This document shows positions 36,720 to 48,640 of a stretch of DNA of 64,000 nt, piece by piece (positions within the stretch are counted from its first letter, which is position 1; the number at the start of each line of letters is the position of its first letter). Source of the stretch: Podarcis pityusensis. Taxonomy: Eukaryota. Below the pieces are notes generated by a model. The model saw only the letters and a program-made list of their open reading frames with translations, had not been told where the DNA came from and did no database searches. The stretch is from NCBI GenBank assembly GCA_964106645.2, contig OZ067042.1, one strand, 5' to 3'. Made by a program: the position numbers and the translations under genes.

Positions 36720-37790
36720 GATTGTACTGGCGAGGGCCGTCGGCGAAGCGTGCGCACGTGCGGCGCTACGCAGCACGCGCTGGGCGCAGGGAGGCGCCTT
36801 CGGAACGGCGAAGTCTCAACGGTGGGCCCCATCCCCGGCCTCTGCGAGCGCAGGTGGACGGGCTTGATTTGCATAGTACCCGGCTGGAACTCTCCCCTTT
36901 TGCTCGCGGCTCCTCTGCTCCAGGATCTCCGCGCGAGGCCTGGGGGGCGGGTGCGCGCCTCGCCTGCCCCCGAGGGGGCGGTCTCCCTGCGCGCCTTCGC
37001 TCTGAAACTGTGGGAGGGCGTCGAGGAAGCGACCTCGCGACGCGGGCGCGCGTATTTGTGTACCGACGCACGTGTCTCCCGGCCTCAGGAGACACGTGTC
37101 TAACTGACCCCCCCCACACACACTTTTTTTTCATTCCTCAGTTTCCCAGCCGGCGTGCACGAGAGAAAACCCCACCCTCCCCTCCCAGGAAAGAGAGTGT
37201 TAGTTCCAGCGTGAAGCGCCACCCTCGGCGTGGGGCGGTACAGAAGACGGGAAGGACCAGGTGCGGAGTCTCGCTCGCCTCAGGGGAGGCAATCTCCTTC
37301 TCCCTTAACCCGGTGTAGAAGCCCGCCCGTGTGAACGGGAGGAAAGCGGCTGTGCGCAGAAGCTGGCGGGGGAGGTGGAGAAGGCAGTCGGAGGAGGAGG
37401 AGGGGAGAGAGCGGGCGCTCGCTTCTCCTGTTGCCGGGGAGCTGGACGCCGCTTGCCCCGGGAGGATCTGCCGAGGGCGCCGGGGGGAAGGAGGGAGGGA
37501 GGGGAGGGAGGAGCTGGATCCCGGGCGCCAGAGAGGAGGACAGCTAGGCGAGAGGAGGCGCGCAGTCGGTGCCCGTCCCGTCCCAGCGCCCCGGGGCGTC
37601 TCCGCTCCGCAAGATGCGCGGCAAGGACAGGAAAGAGAGCCTCTCCGACTCCCGCGACCTCGACGGTTCTTACGACCAACTAACCGGTGAGTTCCTCCCG
37701 GGCTGGCAGGGCGCTCGGCTCGGGGGCGCTGCGGGAAAGGGTAGCATCCCTCTAGCGGCAGACTACCTGGAGCAGGGTAGAGGTCCCGGG
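36720..37790 (+). promoter_or_regulatory. KCNIP2: KCNIP2 CpG-island promoter and 5' UTR
   Basis: The only strongly CpG-dense stretch in the window. Contains GC boxes (GGGGCGG near 36944, 36975, 37232), CACGTG at 36755, 37069 and 37093, and octamer ATTTGCAT at 36867; spans coding exon 1. Confidence 0.85.
37614..37686 (+). CDS. KCNIP2: KCNIP2 (KChIP2, Kv4 channel-interacting protein 2) first coding exon
   Basis: [24 protein letters not shown]+G then |gtgagt; 73 nt, phase 1. Recalled human N-terminus is [24 protein letters not shown]. Syntenic downstream of ARMH3. Confidence 0.96.
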
Positions 37791-37983
37791 TCTAAAATGT
37801 TCCGTCTGAACTTCACACACGCACCAATGGCCCTTTGTGCGCCCTCGCCACTCTCTTGGGCGACCTGCAGCCCCTGTGCAAACTTCCACTTAGCCAAAGT
37901 GGGCGCTTGCTCGGTGTCGACTTCGTCCCTTGAAATCTGGCCCCGTGGCTTACCTAGGGGGCACCTGGAGCATGTTGGCTGGA

Positions 37984-37986
<3 letters not shown>

Positions 37987-38040
<54 letters not shown>

Positions 38041-38041
38041 G
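37987..38041 (+). repeat. (GT)n microsatellite in KCNIP2 intron 1
   Basis: (GT)17-TT-(GT)9, 300 nt after the donor site. Confidence 0.95.
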
Positions 38042-41032
38042 GTACATGCTGGAGAAATGAGTCTTCTTTATTTAGCGTTGGGAGATGCACCTTGCTCCAG
38101 ACAATCAGAACTATTTGCTGCCTGGATTAGGTGTGGTGCCCCCTTTGCAAAACTAAAGCGAATTCTTGATGACTAGTCTCTCCCAACTCCCGTGTCCAAG
38201 TCAAGGCAACCTGACTGAATGGAAGGACCCACTTGAGAGAGGCAAGTGAGCACCTGGAAGATAACACAGAAGGGGGTTCATTTGCCTTTGCCCTTTGCCT
38301 ACTCCAGACACCAAGGTAAAGCATCAAGATGCATCTCAGGTGTGTCTGGCTTACTAAGGGAAGGCATGCCCCCTGGGGCCTTCGTGGTTTCCCCACACCT
38401 GGGAAAGGGCCTAGTAGATAAGGAACCCCTTGCACAGGGGACTAGCAAAATCCCTCCAGAGGCCTGCAGCTCTCCATGGTGCTGGTTTTTGTCGAAGGCA
38501 CTGGGTCCTCTGCTATAGCTGAGTAGTCCAATTTTCGCTGCGCCTGTTGCCCCTAAATGTTATTTAAGCAATTCAGTGCCTGCAAAATGGGCTCTTCACC
38601 CGCAGAGATGTGATGAAAGGAGATATTTTGAGCTGAGTAGGAATTCAAAGCCCACACAACTTTCCCATTTCTCCAGTGACTTTAACACGTCCATATGGAT
38701 TTAAAATCAAAATCAAGTTAAAAATAGAGTGCCTCCCAGGCTGCAACCTTTGATTGCAGAGCCTGCTGGGGAGACGCAAGCATTGTGCTGCTAATTCTCT
38801 GCTGTCCAGGTAACAGCCTTGATTTCACAGTACCCTGTTCAGCAGGCAGATTTCCGTGTGCTCTTTTCATATGAAGGAAAGCGAGACACAGTTAGAAGCA
38901 GGAAATCTCTGCTTTCCAAAGTGAGCTCTGCTTCACAATTACTAGTGAAAATGAGTAATGCCTCTCCATTGTTGTTGCTGTTTCTGGATGTCATCATGGA
39001 TTCATTCTCTGTCTCCTCATTTTCCTTTACAATTGGACAGAATTCTCTCTTGGAACTAAACTTCACGTATAAAGCTGCTGCAAAGGAAATAGGGGGTTAT
39101 TCAATTCCGTTTTACTCAAAGGAATGAACATTACAGCACTAAGTTAGGATAATTGATTTCAGTGGGTCTACTCTGAATACAACTTAGTTGAATACCACCC
39201 AATATGTTTTGGTTTTTAAAGGGATTTGTCCAAAGAATAGGCTTTGTCTTTTAAGTCAGTTGATGTACTTGCTTCTGGTAGGTTGGGATCAGATCCTGTC
39301 CCTTCCATCTCAGTCACTTATGCTGCCCCATCGTTTTCAGGTACAACTTCATATTTCCTGCCTCATTTGAGGTCAACTGTCTCTTTGCCCCCACCCCACA
39401 GATCCTCTTGTCACCAGCTCCCTTGAGTCATTCATCCCCATCTTTGTAGTCTCTTCCCAGACACAGCTGCTGTATGTGTCCTCGGTAGGCAGTTAGTCAG
39501 AAGACTAAACAAGAAATGAAGGGAACAGAACACTTGCGATGGAGCTAGTCAAACCATGTGGCTGAAGATCACATAGAGCTACTGTCACCTGCACTGAACG
39601 TGCAGCAAAATATGACCTCCCAGTAGACTTGCAAAGAAAGCGCAGTGGGGGCTGAGTTCTCCTTGTCTGACAGTGCTGTGCTGGCAACTGTCCCTTTATC
39701 TGCAGGGTGCCTCTGCAGACATCATGCGGGGCAGTGATGGGGACAAAAGGCAGGTCTGTTTGCTTCACTAGATTCAGGTCAGGGCTGCTGTGCAAGTCCA
39801 CATTGTGACCTGACATACCCTGGTTTAACCATCTTTTCAAAGTTTTCTTAGGAATGTAATGAAGCACAGTGTTGGTCGTGTGTAGAGAATTCACTAGGCC
39901 TGATCAAAACAGGCTGAAGTCATTAAAAAGTTACCTTGTGTTGATGAGCATGCTAAGGATGGTTGTGTGAACTGGCACATAGTGAGAAGGCAAATAAAGT
40001 GCCTGGGCTTATCCACACTTTTCCTTGTCCCATTGCCTTCCCTTTAGCGCTCTTTGGTGCTCAATTGCAGCAAATGTCAGTTTGTTCTGATTTAAAGCTA
40101 AAGAGTGAATTTTCCCTGGGAAAGGAGTGGGGCAAGGGGAAAACTGCTCCGTCCTGTGCTATCTAGGCATGGGGCAAGCGCAAGTGTGGATGTGCCCTCG
40201 GTGTCTGTGTGTGCACAGTGCTTCCAGACACACCTCATTCTGGAAGTGCCTGACAGCCTTAGCTATCCTGAACAGAATGACTTTGGCCTCGAGAGTACCT
40301 AAAAAGCATCATGATGTTCTGGCCAAGGATTGTATTCACATACATCACTGTGCCTGTGGCACCGAGCAAGATATTATTGGAATGCCAATAAAAATGCAAT
40401 ACACTTTCAGTGCTGCTTCTGGCTAACTCAGCAACAGCCCTACTTTTTCCAAAGGATGTTGGAAAGCATTCTTGAATCAATAATCTGGCTAGACCCTTTA
40501 CTTGGTCCAATCTCATCTCCAAGTCATGCAGGTTTTACTTTCCTAGAAGAAACCACAGAATGGTTAAGCTATCACTTTGAGGTTGTCATACAATGTCCAA
40601 AGTTGGTCCACAGTGGATACGGATTTGACCCATCAGCTGTATCCAGTTTTGCACCCCTGAGTTATAGAGTGCAATCTTATTTCTTAGCCATTGGTTGCTA
40701 TTCTAAAATTGTAGTCTTAAAACATTGGAAAGCAACTGTGCACAAGCAGCCTTCTCATTTCTGTGCAACTGTTTGTAATGCAGATCTGAGCAACTTTCAG
40801 AATGCCACTGCCACCACAACAATTCTTGATGAGTGCCTTGCAGTGGGGTGAGGAACATGAGTTTAGACTCTTCTGTTTAGTGTCTGCACAAGTGGGTGTC
40901 CAGTTTGGTTGCTTTCCACATTGCTTTCCACCATTGCCACCTGGAAATCAAAACCCTATAAAAAGCACCTGAAGCCATCACAGATGCTACAAGTTGCTGC
41001 TTTGTGTGAGGAAGAGGGTGAATTCTGGGCAC

Positions 41033-41253
41033 AGAAGTGTAGGAATATAGGAAGTGTACGAATATAGGAAGCTGCTTTATAATGAGCCGGACTATTTGCC
41101 CGTCTAGCTCTGTGCTGTCTGCACTGATGTGCAGTGGCTCTCTGGGGTTTCAGATAGGAGACATTTCCAGTCCTATCCTACCTGGAGATGCTTGGGATTA
41201 AACCTGGGGTCTTCTTCCTTCAAAGCAGATGCCCTGTCACTGAGCTACGGCCC
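41033..41253 (-). mobile_element. tRNA-derived squamate SINE
   Basis: Reverse strand begins GGGCCGTAGCTCAGTGACAGGGCATCTGCTTTG...CCAGGTTTAATCCC (A and B boxes) and ends in repeated TTCCTATATTC units. Confidence 0.75.
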
Positions 41254-43987
41254 ATTCTTCTGTCATACAAATCTGAACCTGAAAATGAAGTATGAGACCC
41301 TTGCTGTTGCTGTTATTCTGATCTGTTCCACTGTTGTAGCCACCCGTATCAAGGCCAAGTTGTACTTGGAGTAGGCCCATTGAAATGAAGTCAGGACCAA
41401 TAATTTCTGTGGGTCTGCTCTGAGGAAAACCTTGTTGAATTCTACCCAATAGATTTAACAAGAGATGGTGGCAATATGACAGAGGCATCATTGACTGCAT
41501 ACATGTATTTCTTTCGTCTCACTATGGTTCTGGTGAAATGAGTCCTGCAGCTTCTTGAAGCACTGTAAATACATGTGAAACGTCTTCAGTCATAAACAGC
41601 AGCAAAGCACAATCTCCCACCCCACTCAGTTTGTAAAGTCTTCTCCACTCAAGTGTCTTCCAGATGTTTTGTACAACGATGATCATCCCATCAGCTGTAC
41701 TAACTGGAACTGAGGAAACTCATAGCCCAAAATATCTGTAGGATACCCAGTTGAAGAAGGTTGGAGTATGCTATGGGCAGATGTGGCCCGCTCATGCGGC
41801 CTTACATTTCCGCTAAAACCGTTGGTTGGCTTTGCCTCATTACGCCCCCAGCACGGACCACAAACACTTTGTGACTGGTTCTAACCACACTGCACTGTTT
41901 GTGATTTATTTCACAACTCACAAGGTGCCTCTTGTGAAATAGGCAGAAATGTGAAATACCAATTGGAGATTAATCACAAGTTCTGGTGGTTCATGATTTT
42001 AAAACATCAGACCTGCCAGGGATAAAGATGTAGTTGGTCTCCCATTCTTGGTAGCACCTACTTTCTGGTCACCATTTTGCCTCATCCATACCTTGCTTCC
42101 CCCTGAGCCTCCATCCAGTAGGCTTCTCCTCACAAATCCTTTGCCATGTTGTTGACGCAGAACAGCTGTTGTGCTCAACCCCAGAGACAGCTGCATTTTG
42201 GCAGTGGGTGAATGATCACTATAGAAACAGCCTACATTGTGCTTTGGGACCCTGTCAAGGCATAAATTTACTTCACTCCATTACAGTGACAGGTAAAGAA
42301 CTGCAGTAACTCATATTGCCTCTTCCAAGCCACCTACTGGGGAATGCCAAGCATATTAATGTATATGATCGCAAAGTAGCATCTGGCCTGATCCCCCTAC
42401 AGCCCACAGAGGGGTTGTGATTAAAAACCCTTTCAGCATGAAATGTAAGGCCACGCAGGCAACCTGGTCCTGTCAGTGTGAGGGAGGAGAAAGCGAGGTG
42501 TGATGATCGCCCTCAACTATTTGTCTGCCTGGGGAAAAGACAACGGAGGCTATGGTATTTTAACAACTTTTGGCATTTCATGCGCTGTGTGGCTACCAGC
42601 GAGCTTTAAGCCCTGTAGGAGGCAACAGTATGAGCCAGAATTCTTTTCTTATCTATCCAAATAGCACATGTTGACGTCTCCTCTCTTTTTTCTACAGAAA
42701 ACAGCTTATTGTCTGGCCTAAATATGAGAGATCTGATTGTTGTGCATACAGTATACTTAAGCAGAATGTAAGATGTGTGTGCATGCGTGTGGTAGAGTAT
42801 GATTGTGTATGTTACTGGTTATGTAGCAAGTGGTGTGTGCATGAGGCAGAATTAGTGTGTGTGTGGAGGTGCCTCCCCTTACATTCCCCCCATCTTACCC
42901 CACCCCCTTCCAGAGTTCTTTTGCTTATGCTGACACTCTGATCTAGATTTTGCTGCTGGATTTTGACACCCTCTTCGTCATAACATCTTGTAAATGTCTG
43001 CCTTGAGCTGGCTAATTTCACCCCCAAAGGCATATTGGCCCCTGTATGCAGGAGCCTCCCCACCACCACCCATTTGGTTTTATGGTGGAGACTACTCAGT
43101 GTAAGTGGGTAGAAAAGCTGATCTGGACCAGACTGAGCCGTGAGTGGCCCAGTGCCACGAGATTTCCAAGGACAAGTATTTTGCCCTATAGGGATGCTGC
43201 GCCTTATGAATTAAACCTTGTGCTGTTTGGGTCTATATATACTGCATGTCACCCATTCTCTCTGTGCTGTGCCCATTAATTAAGCTTCTATCTCTCTCTC
43301 TCTTTTGCTCTCCTGGCTTGGAAACTCCCTTGTTTTAGGCTGATTAATTGATTCTGATTTGTGACTGTTTCACCTGGCTCTGAGTCAAGATGAGGTGGTG
43401 GTTCTTTATGATGCGCAGGTGTATGTGTGCAGCGAAGTGCCTGGGGGCTGCTGTTGTGGTACAAAGCAGATGGCTTGTGGGGGGTTTCAAGGTGTTGAGC
43501 AGAGGCTGGTCCAAATCAGCTGGGCTAGTCTCCAAGAGGACATGGACAGAGGGTGAACAGGGCCTGTGTGCCAAAATCTGTGCATTTGGAGAGGGTCTGA
43601 GGAGCCAGTGGCAAAGCACTGGTGCCAGCAGGCAAGCTGAAGATGGGTTGGAAGGGGTTGTCTGGGGCTATTTTTTCCAACTTGTGGCTTAATTTAATTT
43701 CATCTGAAAAGATGGTTTTGTGCAGATTCTGGAAGGACAGAACAAAGGACAGACGTTGTCTTTCTTAGCCTGCCTAGTGAAGCCCCATTGACAGGGGATT
43801 GGTTTTGCAAAACACTACAGGGTTTCAACCTGCCCACGTTAATCAGCAACTCGGGAGAAATTCTGAATTAGCAGAATGGACCATTTTCATGTTGCCATCA
43901 CCTGTGCAAAATGAGGTTTTCATGCTGCTTGTGTCTTAGGGCTGTTAGAGGAGTGCTAGTGTGCTCCATTAGTGTGCTGCTTGCAGT

Positions 43988-44092
43988 CACATTTCCCAGC
44001 TGGGTCCACTCCAGATGTTTTGGACAACAGGCATGCTGGCCGGAGCTGTAGTTGAAAACATCTGGAGGGAACCTGGTTGGGGAAAACACTGG
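43988..44092. mobile_element. Palindromic MITE (internally deleted)
   Basis: CTCCAGATGTTTT...AAAACATCTGGAG perfect inverted arms. Confidence 0.7.
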
Positions 44093-46247
44093 ATTACAGT
44101 TTTGAGCCTGATCATATTATGAAGGCAAGAAGATTTCTAAGCATCCAGAGGGGCTTTCGGACATGATGCACAGTGACACTTGGGTACCACTGGGGCTTCG
44201 CTAGTGCAGGAGCCAGGAAAACTAAAGAACTGCAGCTCAGGATAGTGGAGCTATAATAAAAGAAACAGAAAAAGTAGTCCTGGGGTAGTTTGAGGTGGTC
44301 TGACAGGGCTGATCCAGCTCCCAAATACTGGTCCATCCAGATGGGAACATTCCTTAGCACCTGGTTCATGTTTGGGTGCTTACAGATTCCATAGCACCCC
44401 AGATCTTAGTCATCTTTGTGATAGTCTCTATGTTCTCTCGCGGAGGTGGAGCCTGGAGGAAGACAGAGCCCCAAAAGGCCTCAGTCTATGGTTCAGCCTT
44501 GCCTGGCTTCCTTCCTTTTCATGGTTTCCAGCACTAGACCAGACATAGGTGGCCTCTTCCTCCCTACCTTTGGATGGGTGGGGGGCTCTTTTGGGGGAAA
44601 TTCTGAGGGACCCTTCTGCCAGGGCCAAATACAAGCCTTTGTCTCCTTTTGGCTGTGTGCTAGACACACACCCTTGCCTTTCAGATGCAAGCAAGTCATC
44701 TCACCTAACTGGACTGGCAGGGAAGCGAAAGTAAGCAGAGAGCCTGGATCAATCTAGCCATTTGGGATGAATTCCTGAGCGGTTATCATTTTGGACGATC
44801 GGGAAGATATAAAAAGAGTTTAGAGCATAGTAAAGGACATCCAAAGTGCTTAGCTAGAAGCACAAGGAATGGTTCCAAAGAAAATAAGGTACAGATGCTG
44901 TGTGGGGGTTCTGGTGCCAACATTGCACCCTCCCGTGGGTGAAGCGCATCAGCTGCTCAAGAGTCTGGGATTCCCCATATTTGCCATATGGATGGATTAG
45001 GTGATAAGAGCTTGGCAGTTAGGTATGAGCGCTTGTGTGGCTTATGGGCTCCTGGGAAGGAGCAGCCCACCCCCACGCTCTCCCTGATCGCAGACATATC
45101 CAAGCGGAGCTGTCACCTGCTGTGTCGCAGAAACTCAGAATCCATGCAACAACAACAAAAGGCTAGAAGGGGGGAAGCATTAAAAATCATTCTTAGCCAG
45201 CCATCACTCAAACAAAGGATGGAAGGTAGGAATGGTTTGGGTTGCAAAGGAGAGGGAAGTACCATTCCTGACCTGCTAAGAGATGTAGCTACTCAGCTGG
45301 GTTCCAGGTGGCCCTTTCCTGCATATGCGCTCTCTGAAAGATACTAATACCCCTATGGAGTTATTTCTTAAGAGCTCAAAATGAGATTAATAAAATGAAG
45401 ATTACCCGTTGGGGAAGGTTGGGACGGGGGAAAGACAAGGCAGATTGGCCCAGCTTTTCCGATAGGCTGGAGTTTCTCCCCCTCCTGCTTTCCTTTTTAT
45501 CAGCAGTGATTTCATTAAGCAAAGTGCTTTCACTTTGGTTTAAGGCAGATTGCTACACTGAGAAGCTGGTGATTAATCAGCCGGGTCTGGTGGCTTTCTC
45601 CCTTCTTAGGAATTGTAGGAACAAAGCTACGCAACAGGGGCTCTGGGGCTTTTGAGGGGGTCGGGACACAATTTTGGATAAACTCCATGGCCTCCTCCTC
45701 TAACATGTGTTGGTTTACGTGGAAACTTGGGACCTTGTTATCCCCACTAATCAGCAATTATCTGTAGGCAGTAGCACCTCAAGGACGATCCATCTGCAGG
45801 AAAGCCAACCACCAGTGCCTAACACGACAGCCATATAAAATCAGGATCCAAGCCATGCAATCTTCTTCTCCTGGCTTTTTCTGGGCACTGGCAATTTGTG
45901 CTGTTTAAAACTGCCTGCATCTGGTAGATTATTCCATTTTAATTGTACAAGCTAGAAGGGGCCAACAAAGCTAGGGAGGGCCGGTGGGCAGAATCCCAAC
46001 TAAGTCCTAGGTGACTTCTGGTACAGCGCTTTCTCCATCTTCGGCTGTGTACACATTACGGGTTAAAAACGCAGTGGGGTCCTCCTTTTCTCAACTCAGA
46101 TCAAAGCTGGTTTGTGGGGAGACACATCAAAAAACAGTATCTCATGAGAAACAGCATGATAGGTATGGACTGTCGCTCATGTCGCCCGTACATCACTGCG
46201 TTGGGAATGCTCTGCACACAGAGTGAATGGGAGGGTGTACACAGGGC

Positions 46248-46322
46248 TTTTGTTTCTCATCTGTTAAATGGGAGTAATAATGACTTAGCCTACTTACAGG
46301 GTTCTTGTGTGATTAATGAATG
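46248..46322 (+). mobile_element. MIR/CORE-SINE fragment
   Basis: TTTCTCATCTGTTAAATGGGAGTAATAAT...CCTACTTACAGGGTT...GATTAATGA matches the MIR core. Confidence 0.7.
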
Positions 46323-46329
46323 AAAGACG

Positions 46330-46527
46330 GTGAAGCAGTGAAGTTGCTGGAAACCCCAGGAGGGGAGAGTGCTCTTGTGCTCAAAGTTCGCTGGGCGGTT
46401 TCCCTTGGGCATCTGGCCACTTGGGGTGAGAACAAGATGCTGCACTAGATGGGCCATTGGCCTGATAAGAATAGCCAGCTAGGTTCTCACATTGGCCAAG
46501 CAGTCGGCTCTTCCTCTGCTCTTAATG
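46330..46527 (+). mobile_element. CR1 3' UTR fragment
   Basis: GGGCATCTGG...TGAGAACAAGATGCTGCACTAGATGGGCCATTGGCCTGAT. Confidence 0.65.
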
Positions 46528-48480
46528 TGCAAAATGTGCTAGTGCGCCTCCCATTCATGCTCAGATTGTGCGTAGGGCTTAACTGCTCTCCAGGCTAGGA
46601 AGAAAATGAGTTACTTGCCAGGATAAAATGGAAATAATGCAAAATGTGTACATTTCTCAGTTGATGCAAAAGTAAAATTGGCCTGAGAACGAGGATTTAG
46701 GATAGCATTGAAAAGGGAGACAGGGTCAATATTGTGCAGCTGGAGAAAATCTGACCCAGGGTGCAAAGGCATTGCGTTAATGTTGTGGTTTCCGAAAACA
46801 GGCAGTTTATATTTCTCTCTGTTTGTTGCGACATCATGTCTGGCCTTTCTTGCCCTTTGGCACAGATATGTCTCACCAGAAAATTAAAAGGTCTTGGGCT
46901 GTGAGTCCCAGTTTTCTCACTGTAAGTGTGGCGTTTGGTAACAAGGTACTTTCATTCCATACAATGTCTCTGTTAACAGTTATCTGCCTGATTCTCTACA
47001 CAGAGATGGGTTGGAACTCCCTTTTTAAGAATCTGGGTGAGACATTCACAGTAAGGAATGTTGTGAGTTGCTTTACCACCGTAATGCATTTGGTTTGCTT
47101 TGAGCACACAGAAACAAAAAGCATGATATATCAACTGTGAACTCATCCTCTGTAGCCAAAACAGTAGCATCCACGCACAAAAGGAAGGTATCACCAGACA
47201 TTGGGGGAGCCACAATGTTTGCAGAAGTGCAAAAAAGTAATTTTTTTGGAAACCTAAAGGGATGGGGAAATTAAAAAACAGCCCATTGAGGATTGACAGA
47301 GGTGGAGGAATAGAATATCCTGGAACAAGGTATGGGTTGCTGCTTGAATCTGGAATAGGACTGTTCCACATTTTGTTGCAGCCCCCGTAAAGACTTCATC
47401 TGCTTCCTGTTCTTCACTTCTCTCAGCCGCACACTTTCATTTGGTGGTATATCTTGACTGTGCCAAGAAGGACGACTTGGCTCTCCTCCTCTTCCATTAT
47501 CTTAGGCATTGTACTTAGGCATTACCTGCTCTGTGTGTGCATCTTCGCTCTGCCCTAGTTTTGACTGATGGCGTGGTTGGAGGTAGGGGCAGGCAACAAT
47601 AGTGCCGTTCCCTCATTTTTGCTGGTCTTACAGTAAAGCACGCCAGGGGTTTTCCCTCCTGTTCCCCTCCCTGCATTGATCTGCCTGGCCAAAACTCAGA
47701 AGTGAGTTTTGCTGGCTAATTTGTCTTCATGTTGTCAGCTACAACTACAGAGGCCAGAGCCGTTTGTCTCTTCATTCAGGGGAGGCTCGCTGTAACAAAA
47801 GCGTGATGAACCCTGACATAGATGCACCTGTGGAATTGTGTCCTCTTATGGGTGCCTTTTTCTGACAGCCCCCCTTTACTGCCCTTAATGGTTCCCTCTC
47901 TGTCCCTGCCCCTTTCTCAGGGCTCGTCTGCACTTCATCTGTACAGCGCTGGGTTTGTAGGGTTTACTCCATCTTTACACGGCACAGCCTGCTGTTGTAA
48001 TGCTTCAGATTCTGAGAGGATCTTGTGTTTGCGCAACAGTGAGCTCTCCTGTGCCAGAAAGGCTGCTCTGGGCTCCATTGAGGCTTCCTTCCTCCACCCA
48101 CTGGCAGGTATTGCGCTTGCCAAGGCAGCCATGCAGATCATCCTTTATTATCCTTTTTAAAAGTTACATGTGGGATTGTGGCATTGTGCAAAATGCATGA
48201 ATAAATATTTCATGGAAATGGGCAGTGACACAAATCTGTAGTCATCCAGGAGGTTCTGTAAAGCAGGCGGCAGTTGGGCTTGTTTGGGCGGACAGTCTCT
48301 TTCCAGACTATTAAAGAAAATGGATAGTCAGCACAAGGAAAGCCAAGGATGTACACAAGGCCAGGTGAAATAAGGATCACCTGGGAAATACAGAGAACTG
48401 GACTATCAGGAAATTATTGAAATCCTAATGACAAAGAGTTTGAACAGTGTCCCGTATAACTTTTGTGGTGCTTTAAATAG

Positions 48481-48640
48481 ATTTTTATTATTTTATTATT
48501 TTATTATTTTTATTTTTTATTTTTATTTATTTATTTATTTATTGTTATTTTATTTATTGCATTGCACTGCATTGCAAACCACTTTGTGGGGATTTCTTTA
48601 TCCCGAAAGGCAGCCTAAATACTTTAATAAATAATAAATC
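48481..48640. repeat. AT-rich (TTTA)n low-complexity tract plus L2-type tail
   Basis: Read directly from the sequence. Confidence 0.7.

Noticed and set aside
37742-37760. Third CTCF-like motif (reverse strand CCGCTAGAGGGATGC)
   Set aside because: Lacks the conserved C after GGG, and such matches are common in GC-rich DNA.
36588-38060. Cluster of long overlapping ORFs (up to 198 aa) on both strands, including 37569-38060
   Set aside because: An artefact of GC-rich, stop-poor CpG-island sequence. Only 37614-37686 matches a known protein; the rest reads through the donor site into the GT repeat.
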